DNA of 64,000 nucleotides from Octopus sinensis (lineage: Eukaryota). The stretch spans positions 33,852,001 to 33,916,000 of the forward strand of contig NC_043003.1 of assembly GCF_006345805.1 (NCBI RefSeq), written 5' to 3'. Positions within the stretch are counted from its first letter, which is position 1, and each line of letters starts with the position of its first letter. Under the pieces are notes generated by a model. The model searched no databases. It was not told where the DNA came from and was given only the letters and a program-made list of their open reading frames with translations. The translations under genes were made by a program, and so were the position numbers. Shown here in pieces: positions 23,649 through 36,724 of the stretch.

Positions 23649-24610
23649 TGTGGACGTGTAAATGTGAGGGGGAATTTTATTTGTTTTGTTTTTGTGAGTT
23701 TACACATCTTCAGATATATGTGTATATATATGTGTAATTCTCTATATATATATGTGTAAATATATGTGTCTGTATCTTTGTCGAATTCCTTAGATTTATA
23801 CGCATTACTCTATATGTGTACTTCATTTTTGCATAACAAGCTAAGCACTCACTATATATTTGTCTGCTAATGAAATCTTTACATTGAATTATTTGAAAAA
23901 AAAAAAAAAGCAAAGAAGTAAAAAGAAAAAAGAAACAACATAATTTTGGTATTCAAAATATATTTTTAAAATATAAGCAATGTACGAAAGGAATCAATTT
24001 GCGAATAAATCTTTATTACTTTCTCACATTTTGTTGTTGTTGCTGTTATTATAATTATTGTTGTTTCTTATTCTGATCACGTATCATATTATTTAGGCGC
24101 GACATTGCAACGTCTGCTAGTTTGAGTTGTCAGGTCTAGAAAAACTACAAATATGGCGATAAACATTACGATAGATTGTCTTTCTTCATCTCGAATTCCC
24201 ATTTTGGTTGAATGGCCACAATACTGTATTTATTTGGTATTGCTTCTGCTGTTGTTGTTCTAAATACTTGTATTTGAAACTTTTATTTTTTAATTATACA
24301 TAATTTTACCTTTCAAAATAACCACAATTCCATCATCAACACCATCTACTACAGAAACACATGACTGTATCCACCACTTCATTAAAAGAGATGGAGATAC
24401 GAGACAATGATGGAGTCTTCAAACTGTGATTGGACCTGCATGAAATAGCAACGAAATCTCTTTCAATGGTTACACTGTTTTGAAAAAATAGATTTTTATC
24501 TAAGTAGTAGATATTAGATAATGTAGTAAAATGTATGCTAACCTATTTCAAACTGTAATCAATTAAAATTAAAATCGTTGTGACTAATAGAAAAGAGAAT
24601 ATTTAATTAC

Positions 24611-24960
24611 TTGCTTATGAACCACATGCTACTGGGTTCACACCCATTGCGTGGCACCTTGGGCAAGTGTCTTCTACTATAGCCGACCAAAGCCTTGTGA
24701 GTAAATTTGGCAAACGGAAACTAAAAGAAGTCCGTCGTATATATGTATGTGTGTGTATACGTTTGTATGCCTGTGTTTGTCCCCCTAAAATCGCTTGACA
24801 AACGATGATGGTGTTTTTACGTCCCCGTAACTTAGTGGTTCGGCAAATGAGACCGATAGAATAAGTACTAGGTTTACAAAAATAAGTCCTGGGGTCGATT
24901 TACACGACTAAAAGGTGGAGCTCCAGCATGGCCACAGTCAAATGACTGAAACAAGTAAAG
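24611..24960 (+). mobile_element. SINE family C, near full length
   Basis: GCGTGGCACCTTGGGCAAGTGTCTTCTACTATAGCC core, internal (TG)-rich spacer, tail GCTCCAGCATGGCCACAGTCAAATGACTGAAACAAG. Confidence 0.9.
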
Positions 24961-25154
24961 GGGTAAAAGAGTAATCCCGTTAAAAATAGACAGAGAAGAC
25001 AGTCTTAAGTTATAAGTATATTATAATTTGGTAAACATAAATTTAATTTGGAAATGAAATATATTATAATGAGAATGTAATTAATAATATGATCTAAGAC
25101 AAGCTGAAAACTCGAACCGCGAATATGAGATGGTATATCAAGTAGGCGAGGGCT

Positions 25155-25528
25155 CATCATTATCATGATTGTTCGACTGTGGTCGAGACAATGGAATTTA
25201 TTATGCTACGCCAGACTTCACGGTCCATCATAGCATTACGTAGGCCCTGTTGCTGGATGCCTGTATCCCTGGAGATTACATCAGGGTAGGAAAGGGTGCG
25301 CCTTCTGGTATCGTGAGTGGATTGCCTCCAGAGGAGAAGAGTGGAAATTGCCTCGTTTTCAGCTCTACAATAATGTCCAGCAAACTGGACTCTCCTACCT
25401 TTCACAAGAGATGACACAGGTGGTAGTTTCCCGTATATTTGCATTTTGGTTGGATGACGCTTGCTCGAGAGATTTTGAGCTCTCATAAGGAGGCGAGTGT
25501 AGATTCCATCCAACCGCCTCTCAGACAA
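25155..25528 (-). mobile_element. RTE LINE 3' end (5'-truncated)
   Basis: ORF-track peptide ERRLDGIYTRLLMRAQNLS.KRHPTKMQIYGKLP...RRVQFAGHYCR...AMMDREVWR is the RTE ORF2 C-terminus. A (TGA/TAA)-type tail follows. Confidence 0.9.
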
Positions 25529-26099
25529 GGGCTACCTAGGGCTGAGGAACAAAGTCAACCATTATATGATGTGAAGAGTCCGTCACTCTGCTCTCAGACG
25601 AAGTTTCGAAGTTGTTCGAGTAAAACCTGAAAAACATGTTTTGGATAATTTGATCAATGATCAATCTATCTTTCGAATAAGATTGGAGAGTTCTGACTCT
25701 GAAAGCAGTGTTTTCAAAGTTGTGTTTTCGAGATCCAGTTTCGGGTGACATCTGAGTCATCACAGAAGAAAGAAAAATTTGCGCAACTTCTCTAGTAGTA
25801 GTTACTGCCTTCCTCAAAGATGAAACTCGACCTCCAAACCCGTTTTAACTGCGTTTATGCTTCGAAATTATTTTTTCTGAAAACATGCCCGGGTTCTTCA
25901 ACACAACATACTTCCTAACACAACAGAAAACTATTTCCGGAGATACGGTTACAATTTTGTGTGCGTGTGTATATGTATGTTATTTATATATTATATATTC
26001 ATATATATATATGTATATATATTATATTTTATATATATACAAAATTCAACAAAGAAATATGAATAATAGGGGGAAAGCATGTGTAGTCAGTCATTGGCA

Positions 26100-26770
26100 G
26101 ACATAGTTTATTAAGACTTTCCACTAATTTCTCTCTTTAGCCGCAATAAGTCGTTCTTCACCGTTTCCTTTCCCGCTTTCCGCCTTGCAAGCTGTTCAGT
26201 AACAGTCATTGTCGATAGCATACGTGGGTGGTGTCACATTTGGTGACCAATCCATCTCAGCCGGCGTTCCTTTATCCTTGGGGTCATTTGCTTTACGTCA
26301 GACATTTGGTACAATGCATCAGGTCTCATGTGTGAAAAGTGTTCACCATGGACCCTTTACCGATTTGTATTTGTTCCCATGTCTCGCGTCCATATGTAAA
26401 AATCGGAAGACATAGAATTTTGTATATCTTTATCTTCGTTGCAGGGTTGATGTCAGACGACATTGCTCTACATGCCGTCCTCCTGTCAATGATGTCAATG
26501 TCTGAGTTGTGAGAAAGATCAGCTACAATCGATCCAAGGTGAGTGGATTCACCAACCCTAGATAGCTGCTTTCTATTTGCCAGGACGCCTGTTGTTTCGT
26601 CTGTATTTATATTAATGGCGATGTACTTTGTTGTAGAATCGATTATTTCTAGCCCAGTCTTTGTTTCTTGCCTGACACGATCCAAGTAGTCCTGTGATTC
26701 AATGAGGCTAGGAACAAAGATAGGCCAGCTTATGTGCCTCTTATATGTGAATTTCATCCTCCGCATGGGG
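26100..26770 (-). mobile_element. RTE LINE RT thumb/C-terminal remnant, degraded
   Basis: LDRVRQETK.GLEI...TTKYI, HLGSIV, TKIKIYKILCLPIFTYGRETW, and downstream IKERRLRWIGH. Confidence 0.85.
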
Positions 26771-26962
26771 TGCAGTTTTCCTCACAAGATCCATAAATAC
26801 CAAAAGTAGATAAGATTTTAAGGTATCAACTTGTAGAATTCCACCCTGAGCTATGATGCCCGGGGACTGTTTTCCATTAAAAAGGACATATGCTGTTTGA
26901 CGTCTAACTACCGATGCTATCTTCGATGGTATCCCTGTCCGTCCAAGTATCCGAAACAGCGG

Positions 26963-26965
<3 letters not shown>

Positions 26966-27032
<67 letters not shown>
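26966..27032. repeat. (AG)n microsatellite
   Basis: Direct observation. Confidence 0.95.
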
Positions 27033-27035
<3 letters not shown>

Positions 27036-27039
27036 CACG

Positions 27040-27420
27040 GGGTAAGAAGTGAAGATAAGTGTTAAGAAGTTTGCTTTCGAGACACATGGTCCCGGATTCA
27101 ATCCCACTGCGTGGCACGATGTTTAGGTAGTTTCTAGAAGAACCTCAGGCCAACCAAAGCATTAGGAGTTGATTTCGAGGACAGAAACTGAAATAAGCCG
27201 TCGTGTAAATATGTATAGACACATACGAATGTCTGTATGTGTCTTCGTGCCCAAGTTCAGTCCTCGCCAACTGGTGTTGGTGTATTCACGGTCCCTGCAA
27301 CTTCAGAGAGGCCGATAGAATAAGTGCAAGACAAATGACAATAAGTACCGGTGTCAGTTCGTTCGATTAAAGTTCTTCAAGGTGGTGCCCAAGAAAGGTT
27401 GCAGTTTAATGACTGAGACA
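27040..27420 (+). mobile_element. SINE family C, diverged
   Basis: GGATTCAATCCCACTGCGTGGCAC, CCAACCAAAGC, GATAGAATAAGT and GACTGAGACAA motifs in family order. Confidence 0.75.
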
Positions 27421-27479
27421 AATGTATATAAATGTATATATAAAATGTAATTTAGATTCAGTTGAATTGGGTACTTAAA

Positions 27480-29078
27480 TTGAGGCACCTTGCTAGGACG
27501 AACTTATTTGCACACGCAAAAAATATAAGGTAAGTATGAAACTCTAGAGAATCTTTTCCATTCTTTTGTACCATTTCACAAATGTTCTCATTTGTGCGAG
27601 CCATCAGCTGATCTGAGCGATCGATTGTATGAAACAACTAGACTCGGTTCGATTATGACATTACCGTCCGCATCTTGTTTCCTAGTGTCTTTCGTGCATT
27701 GTGAGTGACATGCAGACGTTTTTCTTCTCGCGCCACGCTAGAAACAGAATACCGCTATCGGTGCATCGGTAGGGTGTTACCAACTTTCAAATTTTTTTCT
27801 TGTGAAGATTGGTTGGTATGTTTTTTCTGTGCGTCCTCACAGTCCCACGGGCATTAGTTCTCCTCGCCTGCAGGTGCAGAAAAAGGTTTGGACTGCAAAA
27901 CCAGTTCCCCTTCGTCAAACAAGTTTTCATTCAGCGACAACACAACAACAGTTGACGTTGGAGTAGGCGCTGGAAGATCCAATGTCCTGATCAGTGTGGA
28001 TTTTGTAATTCCACGTGTACCCACAGGCTCTACCAGTTGACTGATATACTTTATAAACCTTGACTCCAAAGTGGGCACATTAATCGGGATTTCAGTATTT
28101 GAATTGGAGTCTTCTCTTGAATTTTCACAAATTCTCGTCCGTACAAATTTTCAGCCACTTCGTCAACGATAGTTCTTGCCTGAGTTGAAATGTAGATTTC
28201 GAAGAAGCGCCAAAAATCGATCATGTGACATCGGTTCCAGACAGAAAGTTGTCGACGTGGCTGGATCCCGATTCCAATATGACGCTAGAGCCGGTTTCTT
28301 CACGATGCCCACCAGCATCAGCAGGGCAAGCAGAACTTTGATTTTGTCCTTTGTAGCTGGAAACGAATCCTCGCCATGCCCAGAACTGACATGCTGGGGA
28401 TGGTTTTCAGCATAGTCATTCGTTTCGTCCGCTATATATTGGAACATTTCATCCTTCAAAAACTTGTGGAAGATTTCCAATGGCGTAAAGGTTTGCCTTT
28501 ACGCCAGACGTACCAGTAAATCCGTGCCCTCGGACGAAATTGTCTCTCACTCGCCACACGACATTCCGTTGGCCAAGGCCATTCACTGCTGCTCGCCTGT
28601 ATCTTTAATTCACCGGAATATCATCATCGCTATCGGAATCCTCTGATTCTGAACTAGGAAAATACCCACTCTCCGAGTTATCGTCCGAACCGGAAGTGAC
28701 AAATAGCGAGATGGTGGAACTTGATGTAGCTTGGTGCGACGACCGTAAATTCGACGAAACAGGACACGGTGACGAAGTTGAGGGGGCCGGAGTAGTAGGA
28801 CACGGCGATGAATTTGACGGAGCCAGAGTGGCAGGACTCGACGATCGTAAATTCGATGAAACAATAGGCGACGACGAAGTTGATAGGAACGGAGTGGAAG
28901 AACCAGGCTGTCGGGTTGTAAATACCTACATGAAACATCTAATCAGCTTCTCAGTTTGCAGGTGGACCATTACTAGCTCAAGTGAAATGTTTAGTCAGGT
29001 GGCGTATAATTACGTCAACCGATTTAAAGCATGTACATTGCGTGAGTAAATTTACGTCACCCGTTTTAAAAGGGTTAA
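27480..29078 (-). mobile_element. piggyBac (PGBD4-like) transposon remnant with intact 5' end
   Basis: Minus strand starts TTAA|CCCTTTTAAAACGGGTGACGTAA with a subterminal repeat at about 29009-29030. Peptides GFTGTSGVK, EIFHKFLKDEMFQYIADETNDYA, GIVKKPALASYWNRDP, PMSHDRFLALLRNLHF, GTVRTHRKN, LAWREKKNV, DRSDQL, KWYK. Many frameshifts, 3' TIR absent. Confidence 0.92.
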
Positions 29079-30004
29079 TGAGACACAGCATAGGTTTACC
29101 TCCTCTATTTTAAAAAGAAATCAGAATTGACTGTAACTGATAAGGAACACAAGACTACAGGGGCTTCGTATCGGGATAAGAAGTGTTAAGGGAAACTGTA
29201 AAATGAAAGAAGGAAAGAGTAATGGAATGCAGAGCAGGCTAAATCGACGGTGGTTTAAGAAAATAGATAAGTTGAGAGTGAAAGTGAAGGCTAAGAAGGG
29301 TGAAATTTTTCAAGGTTCGTATATGAAACTTTATTCCCTCCGTTTCCTTGAGAATGTGGATCCACAGTGTCAGGCGATGTCCCGTGCTGAATAATCAAAT
29401 ATCCGATGTTTTGTCAAGTAATGATGCTTAAGGTTAGACATAATATACATCTTGGATTTTGTTTGCTTTATTTACATATGATTTCCTGTATATTTTTGCG
29501 GACGTAATATAGTGGTGCTTTTCCTGTTACGTGATTCTCTCTCTCTCTCTATATATATATATATACAAATATACATATAATAAATCACTGAAAGTGGGCT
29601 AGTATGTATATGTGTGTGTGTAAAGTTAAAGTGAGATTGTGAGCAACTAGGGTACGCTGATAAATTACGAGTGTTTCGAACAGGTGTTTGTATACGAAAA
29701 GTAGATTGAATTGTCATTGTGGTAGTTATTATTTTCTTTAATATTTCATCAACGAATTTTATGGGTTTTATATTAATGTTCTTTTAATATTTCAGCTTTC
29801 AGCTTTTCAGATTTTGTCTGTATTCTGTCACATTCCCTTTGTCAAACACGTAAATTCAAGTATGATATTATATATGTATATATAACTATATAAAATATCT
29901 ATCTATATCTGTTTATCTGTCTGTCTTTCTGTTTGCCTGACAACTGTCTGTCTATGGGTTTTTTCTACGATATTATACAACAATAAATTGCAATATTTAG
30001 CTTT

Positions 30005-30513
30005 GCGTTGATCAGAAGATTCCATCCCCAAACCGGGACTACAGAAGAAAAGTGTTACTCTATGTTTGTGGAGATATGAAATGTTTCGTCTTACGTAGTG
30101 TTAAACCAAAGCTAAACAGTAAATGTATCAGAGTACTGACACCAAGTGGAAGTACTTCAGAAAATCTCGCAGAATATGGACCCAAAATATGTCAAAAAAT
30201 ATGTAAAGGAGTGTTGCTGATATATGATAGTGCATGGTCATATACTGCCCAAATCATTGCGGAAAAAATTAAAGCACTCAGTATGGAAGTTTTTGCTCAA
30301 CTTCCCTACACACTTGACGAGCTCCAGCTATATCGTCTTGTGAGATCATTGAAGCATTATTTAGAAGGAGAATAGTTCAATAATTGGCAAGAGTTGAAAA
30401 AAAAGAAGGAGTGTTTCTTCGAAGCCTGAACGGCTTGTCACCCGAGTGACCAATAGTTTACGAAATAGATGATATTATATTACCGATAATGAGGGGAAAC
30501 ATTATCGTGATTA
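30005..30513 (+). mobile_element. Mariner transposase C-terminal remnant, degraded
   Basis: PKPGLQKK, KGVLLIYDSAWSYTAQI (HDNARPH-like), EVFAQLPY, YRLVRSLKHYLEGE.FNN, ITDNEGKHYRD*. Confidence 0.8.
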
Positions 30514-30639
30514 AATGCATAATTTCAGACCAAAGAAGCATTTGTTAATTTCTCATCATGAAATGCAACATGACTTTCAATATGAATATATGTCTACACA
30601 TATACACATCTACAAACAAGCGCGTATGTATGTGTGGGA

Positions 30640-31850
30640 CGTTATGAAGCAGATAGAACAGACGGGCTATAAGTACTTGGGGATATTGGAAATGGATGAA
30701 ATCATGGAAAAATAAATGACAGAAAAATTTAAGGCGGAGTACTTGCACAGACTGTGACTGATCCTGGAATCGAAATTAAACGGACGGAATAAGATTGAAG
30801 CTATCAACACCTGAGCGGTTTCACTCCTTAGCTATGGGACAGGAGTAATCACATGGAAATTAGACTAGCTAAACAGCTTAGACAGAAATACAAAGCAGTT
30901 TCTGACTAGATATGGGATACTCCATCCAAAATGTGACAGCCAGACGGTATGCACCTATAAAATGTGGGTTAAGAGGACTGATTGGATGCGAACACAGCAT
31001 TAGAGCAGGAGAAAACAACATAGCACTGTGTGTAAAAAATGCGACAGAACCACTACTATTGGAAGCATGAAGGTCAGGCATGTGTAGAATGGAAGATTAT
31101 AAAGATAAAGCACTGTACAAGTACTTGAGAATGAATGAGACTGAAAATTGCTAGATAAAGAAAAGAATGCGTGGGCAATTTCATAGGGATGTTGAAGATA
31201 AGACAGACAGATAATTAAAAGTGATTTAAAACCGGAAACGGAGTTTCTAATCTGTGCTGCCCAAGTGCAAGCATTAAGAACCAATTACATGAAATTCAGA
31301 AGTGACAACATATAAAAAACTGATAACTGCAGAATTTGTTGACAAAATGGTGGACCGTATGGCATATTACCAGTCAATGTACGCCACTAGCCCTGAATGA
31401 ATATACGAGACGTCAACATAATATAGCAAGGATTGTCCATTGGACATTTTGCAAAAAGTATGGACTTGACAGAGCAAAAAAGTGGTACGAACATAATCCC
31501 GAAGGCATCATCGAAAAAGGTTAATCCAAAAATCCTATGGGATTTTATGGTTCAATTCGATGAAGAGATAGAGAATAGTAAACCAGACATAGTGTTAAAT
31601 GCGATACGGAAGAAAGAAAAGTCGATAGATATGACAGGTTAACTTGGGAGAAAGGTGGTAGTAGTACCAATAACTGTCGGAGCTCTGGGAAGAGTGATTA
31701 ACATACTTTAAAAGTACAAAAACAAATAGAAGTTGCAATAAGCGTGGGCTACTTGTAAAAACAGCACTGCTTCGAACCGCTCGAATACTCCGAATGGTGT
31801 CCGAAAACTAAGGGATGGTAGAAGCTGTGCAAAGAAAATAACTAATAATA
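30640..31850 (+). mobile_element. Dong/R4-like RLE LINE, 3' about 1.2 kb, pseudogene
   Basis: GYKYLGILE, ILESKLNGRNKIEAINT, LHPK, RGLIGCE, ETEFLICAAQVQALRTNY, CCHC-like CRIC...HITSQC, KKWYEHNPEGIIEK, ILWDF...KPDIV (RLE), KTALLRTARILR. Ends in (AAT)n. Confidence 0.92.
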
Positions 31851-31989
31851 ATAATAATAATAATAATAAAATAATAATAATAATAATAATTAGGATTATT
31901 ACAAAGTCGCATTAGCATTACTTCCTTTTTACAGATATATACAACCTCAAATAGACCTACACATGGTTCTACTGCATTAATTAGTAACC

Positions 31990-32219
31990 TATTTCTTTAT
32001 TACCCACAAGGGGCTAAACATAGAGGGGACAAACATGGACAGACATAGGTATTAAGTCGAATATATCGACCCAGTACGTAACTGGTACTTAATTTATCGA
32101 CCCCGAAAAGATGAAAGGCAAAGTCGACCTCGGCGGAATTTGAACTCACAACGTAACGACAGCCGAAATACCGCTAAGCATTTCGCCCGGCGTGCTAACG
32201 TTTCTGCCAGCTCGCCGCC
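31990..32219 (-). mobile_element. SINE family A, full length, 10-bp TSD
   Basis: Close match to the 4957 copy. ATTAGTAACC at 31980-31989 and 32223-32232. Confidence 0.92.
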
Positions 32220-32398
32220 TTTATTAGTAACCGTTGCAATTTCAACCTTACTATGAACCTGGCGCTATTTCTTCAAGATCTTCATTTTAATATCCATTGA
32301 TTTAACTATTTAAAGTTTTATGTTGATTTTCTTTGTGTTCTATGTGTGATGTGGAATTGTACGTTTATTTAGGCGCGAACTATCTTCAATTCAGGATA

Positions 32399-32439
<41 letters not shown>

Positions 32440-32442
32440 AAT

Positions 32443-32615
32443 GACCATGATAGATCTGTAGCCACTACACACATTTTTTCTCTCCTTGTTTGTTTTTTTT
32501 CTGTGTCCCTTTCTGTAGAAGAGCGTAGACTCGAAACGTAAAAGACTTTTTCAATTCCTGAGCGTTATATTAATACATCTATTTGTTTTGTGCACCACCT
32601 GTCTTCGTCTTTTGT
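32443..32615 (+). mobile_element. Penelope-pLTR-like repeat unit, copy 1
   Basis: Homologous to 50657-50848 and 56029-56195. Starts at a (TA)n run and carries a hammerhead-like fold at 32509-32544. Confidence 0.65.
32509..32544 (+). ncRNA. Hammerhead-like motif, variant core
   Basis: CUUU-CUGUAGA-A-GAGC-GUAG-ACUC-GAAACGU-A-AAAG. Stem I 4 bp, stem II 3 of 4 pairs. Confidence 0.45.
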
Positions 32616-33251
32616 TTGTATGTATGTAAATGCTTGTGTATGTAGAAGTGTATGAAAATGTATGTATAAGATTTGATAATTTTAGTAAAATCATTAGATC
32701 TTCTGCTGAACTCAATTAGAATGTAGAGTATTTTCATTTTGTTAAGTATTACGACGAGTGGCTATCTATCGAAAAGATCGCCTAGATACAACTCAGTAAA
32801 CTTAACACCAAGGAATTCATATAATGTAGTTTATTTCATAATATTTTGAGTACTTCAGCCGCTAAAACATAAGTGCCTTCTTCTTACGGACAAACACGAA
32901 TATATATTTACTTACATAGAAGTATATATACATACACACATGCATAAATACCTACATGTATTGATACGTAATGGAGACTGTTGGTAATATATCGGATAAC
33001 GTACTATAATAATAGATTGGAATTCGCCTCAGAGAGTTGTAGAAAGGAAACGATTCTAACGGTAATTGTTATTCTCATTGATTATGGGAGATAATTTAAA
33101 GAAATTAATAAACAATTTTAATGCAAAAATTGAAATTTCTACCATAGGTAAATCTAGATTCAGCGTATTGGATTCAAGCAACATTGGAAACGAAGTTGTC
33201 ATTCACTTATTATCTTATTGTCCATGAAATAGCTAACAGAAATATACGATA

Positions 33252-33252
33252 C

Positions 33253-33311
<59 letters not shown>

Positions 33312-33312
33312 C
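33252..33312. repeat. (TAG)n microsatellite
   Basis: Direct observation. Confidence 0.95.
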
Positions 33313-33924
33313 AGCTAAACATCTCTCCTCTTCTCTTCCTTTCTTACAATCTTTCTCTCTCTCTCTCATCCAATCTCTCGCTTTTACATATCACTTTCCT
33401 TTAAATGAATAAATAAATAAATAAATAAACAATAAATAAATAAATAGATAAACTTTGAATCGAAGAAATAAAATCATTATTTATTTAAGCCCTCATAGAG
33501 CAAGCATTATCACGTAGATGCGTACCGATTTATGCGGTGATAGGATTAAAAAAAACCCTCCAGCTTTACCTGGCGCTAATCGGCTTTACTTCACCCTGCA
33601 GATCACTAAATGCAGATTCAGAGCTAGAGCCATTGCTTATCACTTAGCAACCGAAAGAAAACTAGCCTAATCGAACTAGTTTTTGGTGTTATCAGGATGG
33701 TGAGCTGTCGTCCTCACCTGATTGGGCTGAGTGTATTATAGCCTAAGGTCGATCAAGTGTATTGTGTAGCATTCGATTTCGGTGCAAGTATAATAAAAAA
33801 AAAGCCAGGAGTGTGGGTTGTTATATGACTCATGATACTGCTTTTACTACTTCTAATTGTTAAATACACATTTTGATTGATTGAAATAGTGAATGCAGCA
33901 ACTACAGTTACACTGTCTATCATA

Positions 33925-34117
<193 letters not shown>

Positions 34118-34428
34118 GGAGGCGAAATGGCCCAGTGGTTAGGGCAGCGGACTCGCGGTCGTAGGAACGCGGTTTCGGTTCCCAGACCGGGCGTTGTGAG
34201 TGTTTATTGAGCGAAAACACCTAAAGCTCCAGCGGCTCCGGCAGGGGGTGGTGGTGATCCCTGCTGTACTCTTTCGCCACAACTTTTCTCTCACTCTTTC
34301 TTCTGTTGGCCTGCTCGCTTAGCAAACAGGGTGGCGTCATTTGAAGGCTAAAACAATGCGAAGTGCATAGTGACCAGCGATGTGTAGCAACATCTGATAG
34401 CCTGGTCGGTTACGGTGATTACGGTGAT
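34118..34428 (+). mobile_element. SINE family B, tail type 1
   Basis: A box TGGCCCAGTGG, B-box-like GGTTTCGGTTCCC, shared core to ...CTCTCACTCTTTCTTC, ends (ACGGTGATT)x2. (TG/TA)n on both sides. Confidence 0.9.
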
Positions 34429-34450
34429 ATATATGTATATATATATATTA

Positions 34451-34522
<72 letters not shown>

Positions 34523-35637
34523 GTGACAAGGGTGTTAGGAAAAAACATACATTGCTAGAAATAAGAGCTAAACCGTCTTTTGGCGATACATTGCAAATTG
34601 TTGTTTATATTTATTTTATGTGTGTGCGTTTGTTTGTGTGTGTATGTGTGTGTGTGTGTGTGTGTGTCCGTGTGTGTGTGTGCTTAGGTACGGTTGCAGG
34701 ATTGCATGTCACATTTAGACGATTCAGTTGGTAATATTATCACTGTTTCTCTTGTGGCTGCCGCTGTTGGTTTGGTACCGAAACCTACGTTAATACTGAA
34801 GAAGCGGACTCTTCCTGATCAGCATTCCTAAATTGGCCATCGCATCTATTTTCATGTACAAAAATCTCGTTATCTACCGTGCCTTTTCAATCTAAGACAT
34901 GCCATAGCTCTTCTTCATTCTTACCCTGCGTTTCAAAATGAAAATAAAAATATACGCGTACATATAAATAGAGGTATATTTGCTCCCAATTTCTAGTTAC
35001 TTTTACCTCGCATTATATTCTTTCAGGTGGAATTTTACTAACGTTTACCATCACAACGACTATGTGTTAAGGCTCTAATGTAATTACCGCATATTACACA
35101 TATGTGAGAGGAAAACAAATGCAGTTTTCTTGAAAATTACTTATGCTTGTTCATTCCGCATAGTTTTCAAAAATATCATCTTAATTATATTTTGAAGCAG
35201 TAGTCTATATATTTCGGCTTGTCAACGGAGCCAATGATAAAAAAAAACTGAATTTGAAATGCGAGTGAACTTCAAGCGAACTTCGCTCCCATTTCATCAG
35301 ACCGATCGATTACATAAAGCTTTTCTCCCTCACTGTTCAATAAAAAGTCGTGAGTGATGTAAGGATGAAAGGCATATATACACACATACACGCAGACACA
35401 GACACACACACACACACACACACGCACACACACATACACATAAAGACACACTCACACACATACGTAAGTAACATGTCCGTTGTATAGAGAATGTCGGATC
35501 ACTTGAATAACAAATTGAATATTGAATTCAGTGATCAAGAGAGATGAACAATGAAAAAATAAAAGTGAATTTCCGATTTCTCATGTCCTCGAATGGTTTT
35601 TAAATATAGTTCTTTCAATATTCTAATATCACTAAAA

Positions 35638-35796
35638 CGGCGAGCTGGCAGAATCGTTAGGACGCCGGGCGAAATGCTTAGCAGTATTTCGTCTGCCGCT
35701 ACGTTCAGAGTTCAAATTCTGCCGAGGTCGACTTTGCCTTTCATCTTTCGGAGTCGATAAATTAAGTACCAGTTACGCACAGGAGTCGATGTAATA
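35638..35796 (+). mobile_element. SINE family A, 3'-truncated
   Basis: GGCGAGCTGGCAGAATCGTTAG...GAGTTCAAATTCTGCCGAGGTCGAC. Confidence 0.9.
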
Positions 35797-35981
35797 CATG
35801 TATAACATAGTATGCTTTATCTTTATATATTAATAGATTTTATATGCAAAGCCTATGTTATATATATATATGTATGTATATTCTTGTAATTGTCATTTTA
35901 GTAAATAAATAAATAGATAAGTTGACATAATATGTCTAACAGTTGATGAACCACCTATTGATCCCCTCTATTTTCTTATTG

Positions 35982-36077
<96 letters not shown>

Positions 36078-36084
36078 CTGTGTG

Positions 36085-36315
36085 TATGTATGTATGTAGG
36101 TGTGTATGTCTTTGTGCCTGTGTTTGTTCCCCCATCACTACTCTACAACCGGTCTTGGTGTGTTTCCGTCCCCGTATCTTAGCAGTTTGACAAACCAGGT
36201 TGATATAATAAGCACTATGCTTAAGAAATAAACCCAAGGGTCGATTTGTTCGGCTAAGACCATTGAAGGCGGTACTCCAGCACGGCCGCAGTCAAATGAC
36301 TGAAACAAGCAAAAG
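36085..36315 (+). mobile_element. SINE family C, 3' half
   Basis: GTCCCCGTA.CTTAGC, GGGTCGATTTGTTCG, GGCGGTACTCCAGCACGGCCGCAGTCAAATGACTGAAAC. Confidence 0.8.
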
Positions 36316-36329
36316 CAAATATATATATA

Positions 36330-36724
36330 CTAGCAGTATCGCCCGGCGTTGCTCGGGTTTGCAAGGGAAATAACTATATAAGCATTTTTAGAGTTATAGC
36401 CAAAAATTAGCAAAAAATGCATTAAAAATGGAAAAAAAATGATGGTAATTTTTTTTTTAAATCGTTGACTCAAAGTAGACATTTTTAGAGAGTTACCTCC
36501 CTTATATAATAGCGAAAAAATGCATTAAAATGGAAAAAAATTATGGTAATTTTTTTTTTTAATCGTAGACTCATCGTAGACGCGCGCTTATACCCAGAAG
36601 GGCTCGATATGAATCACGACTATAAGATACCCGGTTTTGGTTAAACTGCACCGCAAAATGTGGGAGTAGTTAGGAATCTAAATCGTAGGAGATAGGCACA
36701 CAACTTGACTTTTATATATAAAGA
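36330..36724 (-). mobile_element. Non-autonomous Helitron
   Basis: Minus strand A|TCTTTATATATAAAA ... CCCGAGCAACGCCGGG hairpin ... CTAG|T. Contains an internal duplication of about 58 bp. Confidence 0.9.

Noticed and set aside
28610-29049. ORFs 28610..28864, 28678..28938 and 28696..29049 as genes
   Set aside because: They are alternative or antisense frames of the GC-rich piggyBac N-terminal region.
35255-35305. CTGATGA on the minus strand with a hairpin, as a hammerhead
   Set aside because: No GAAA after stem II and no stem I. Other CTGATGA hits (about 7800, 19680, 22326, 41404, 58390) fail the same way.
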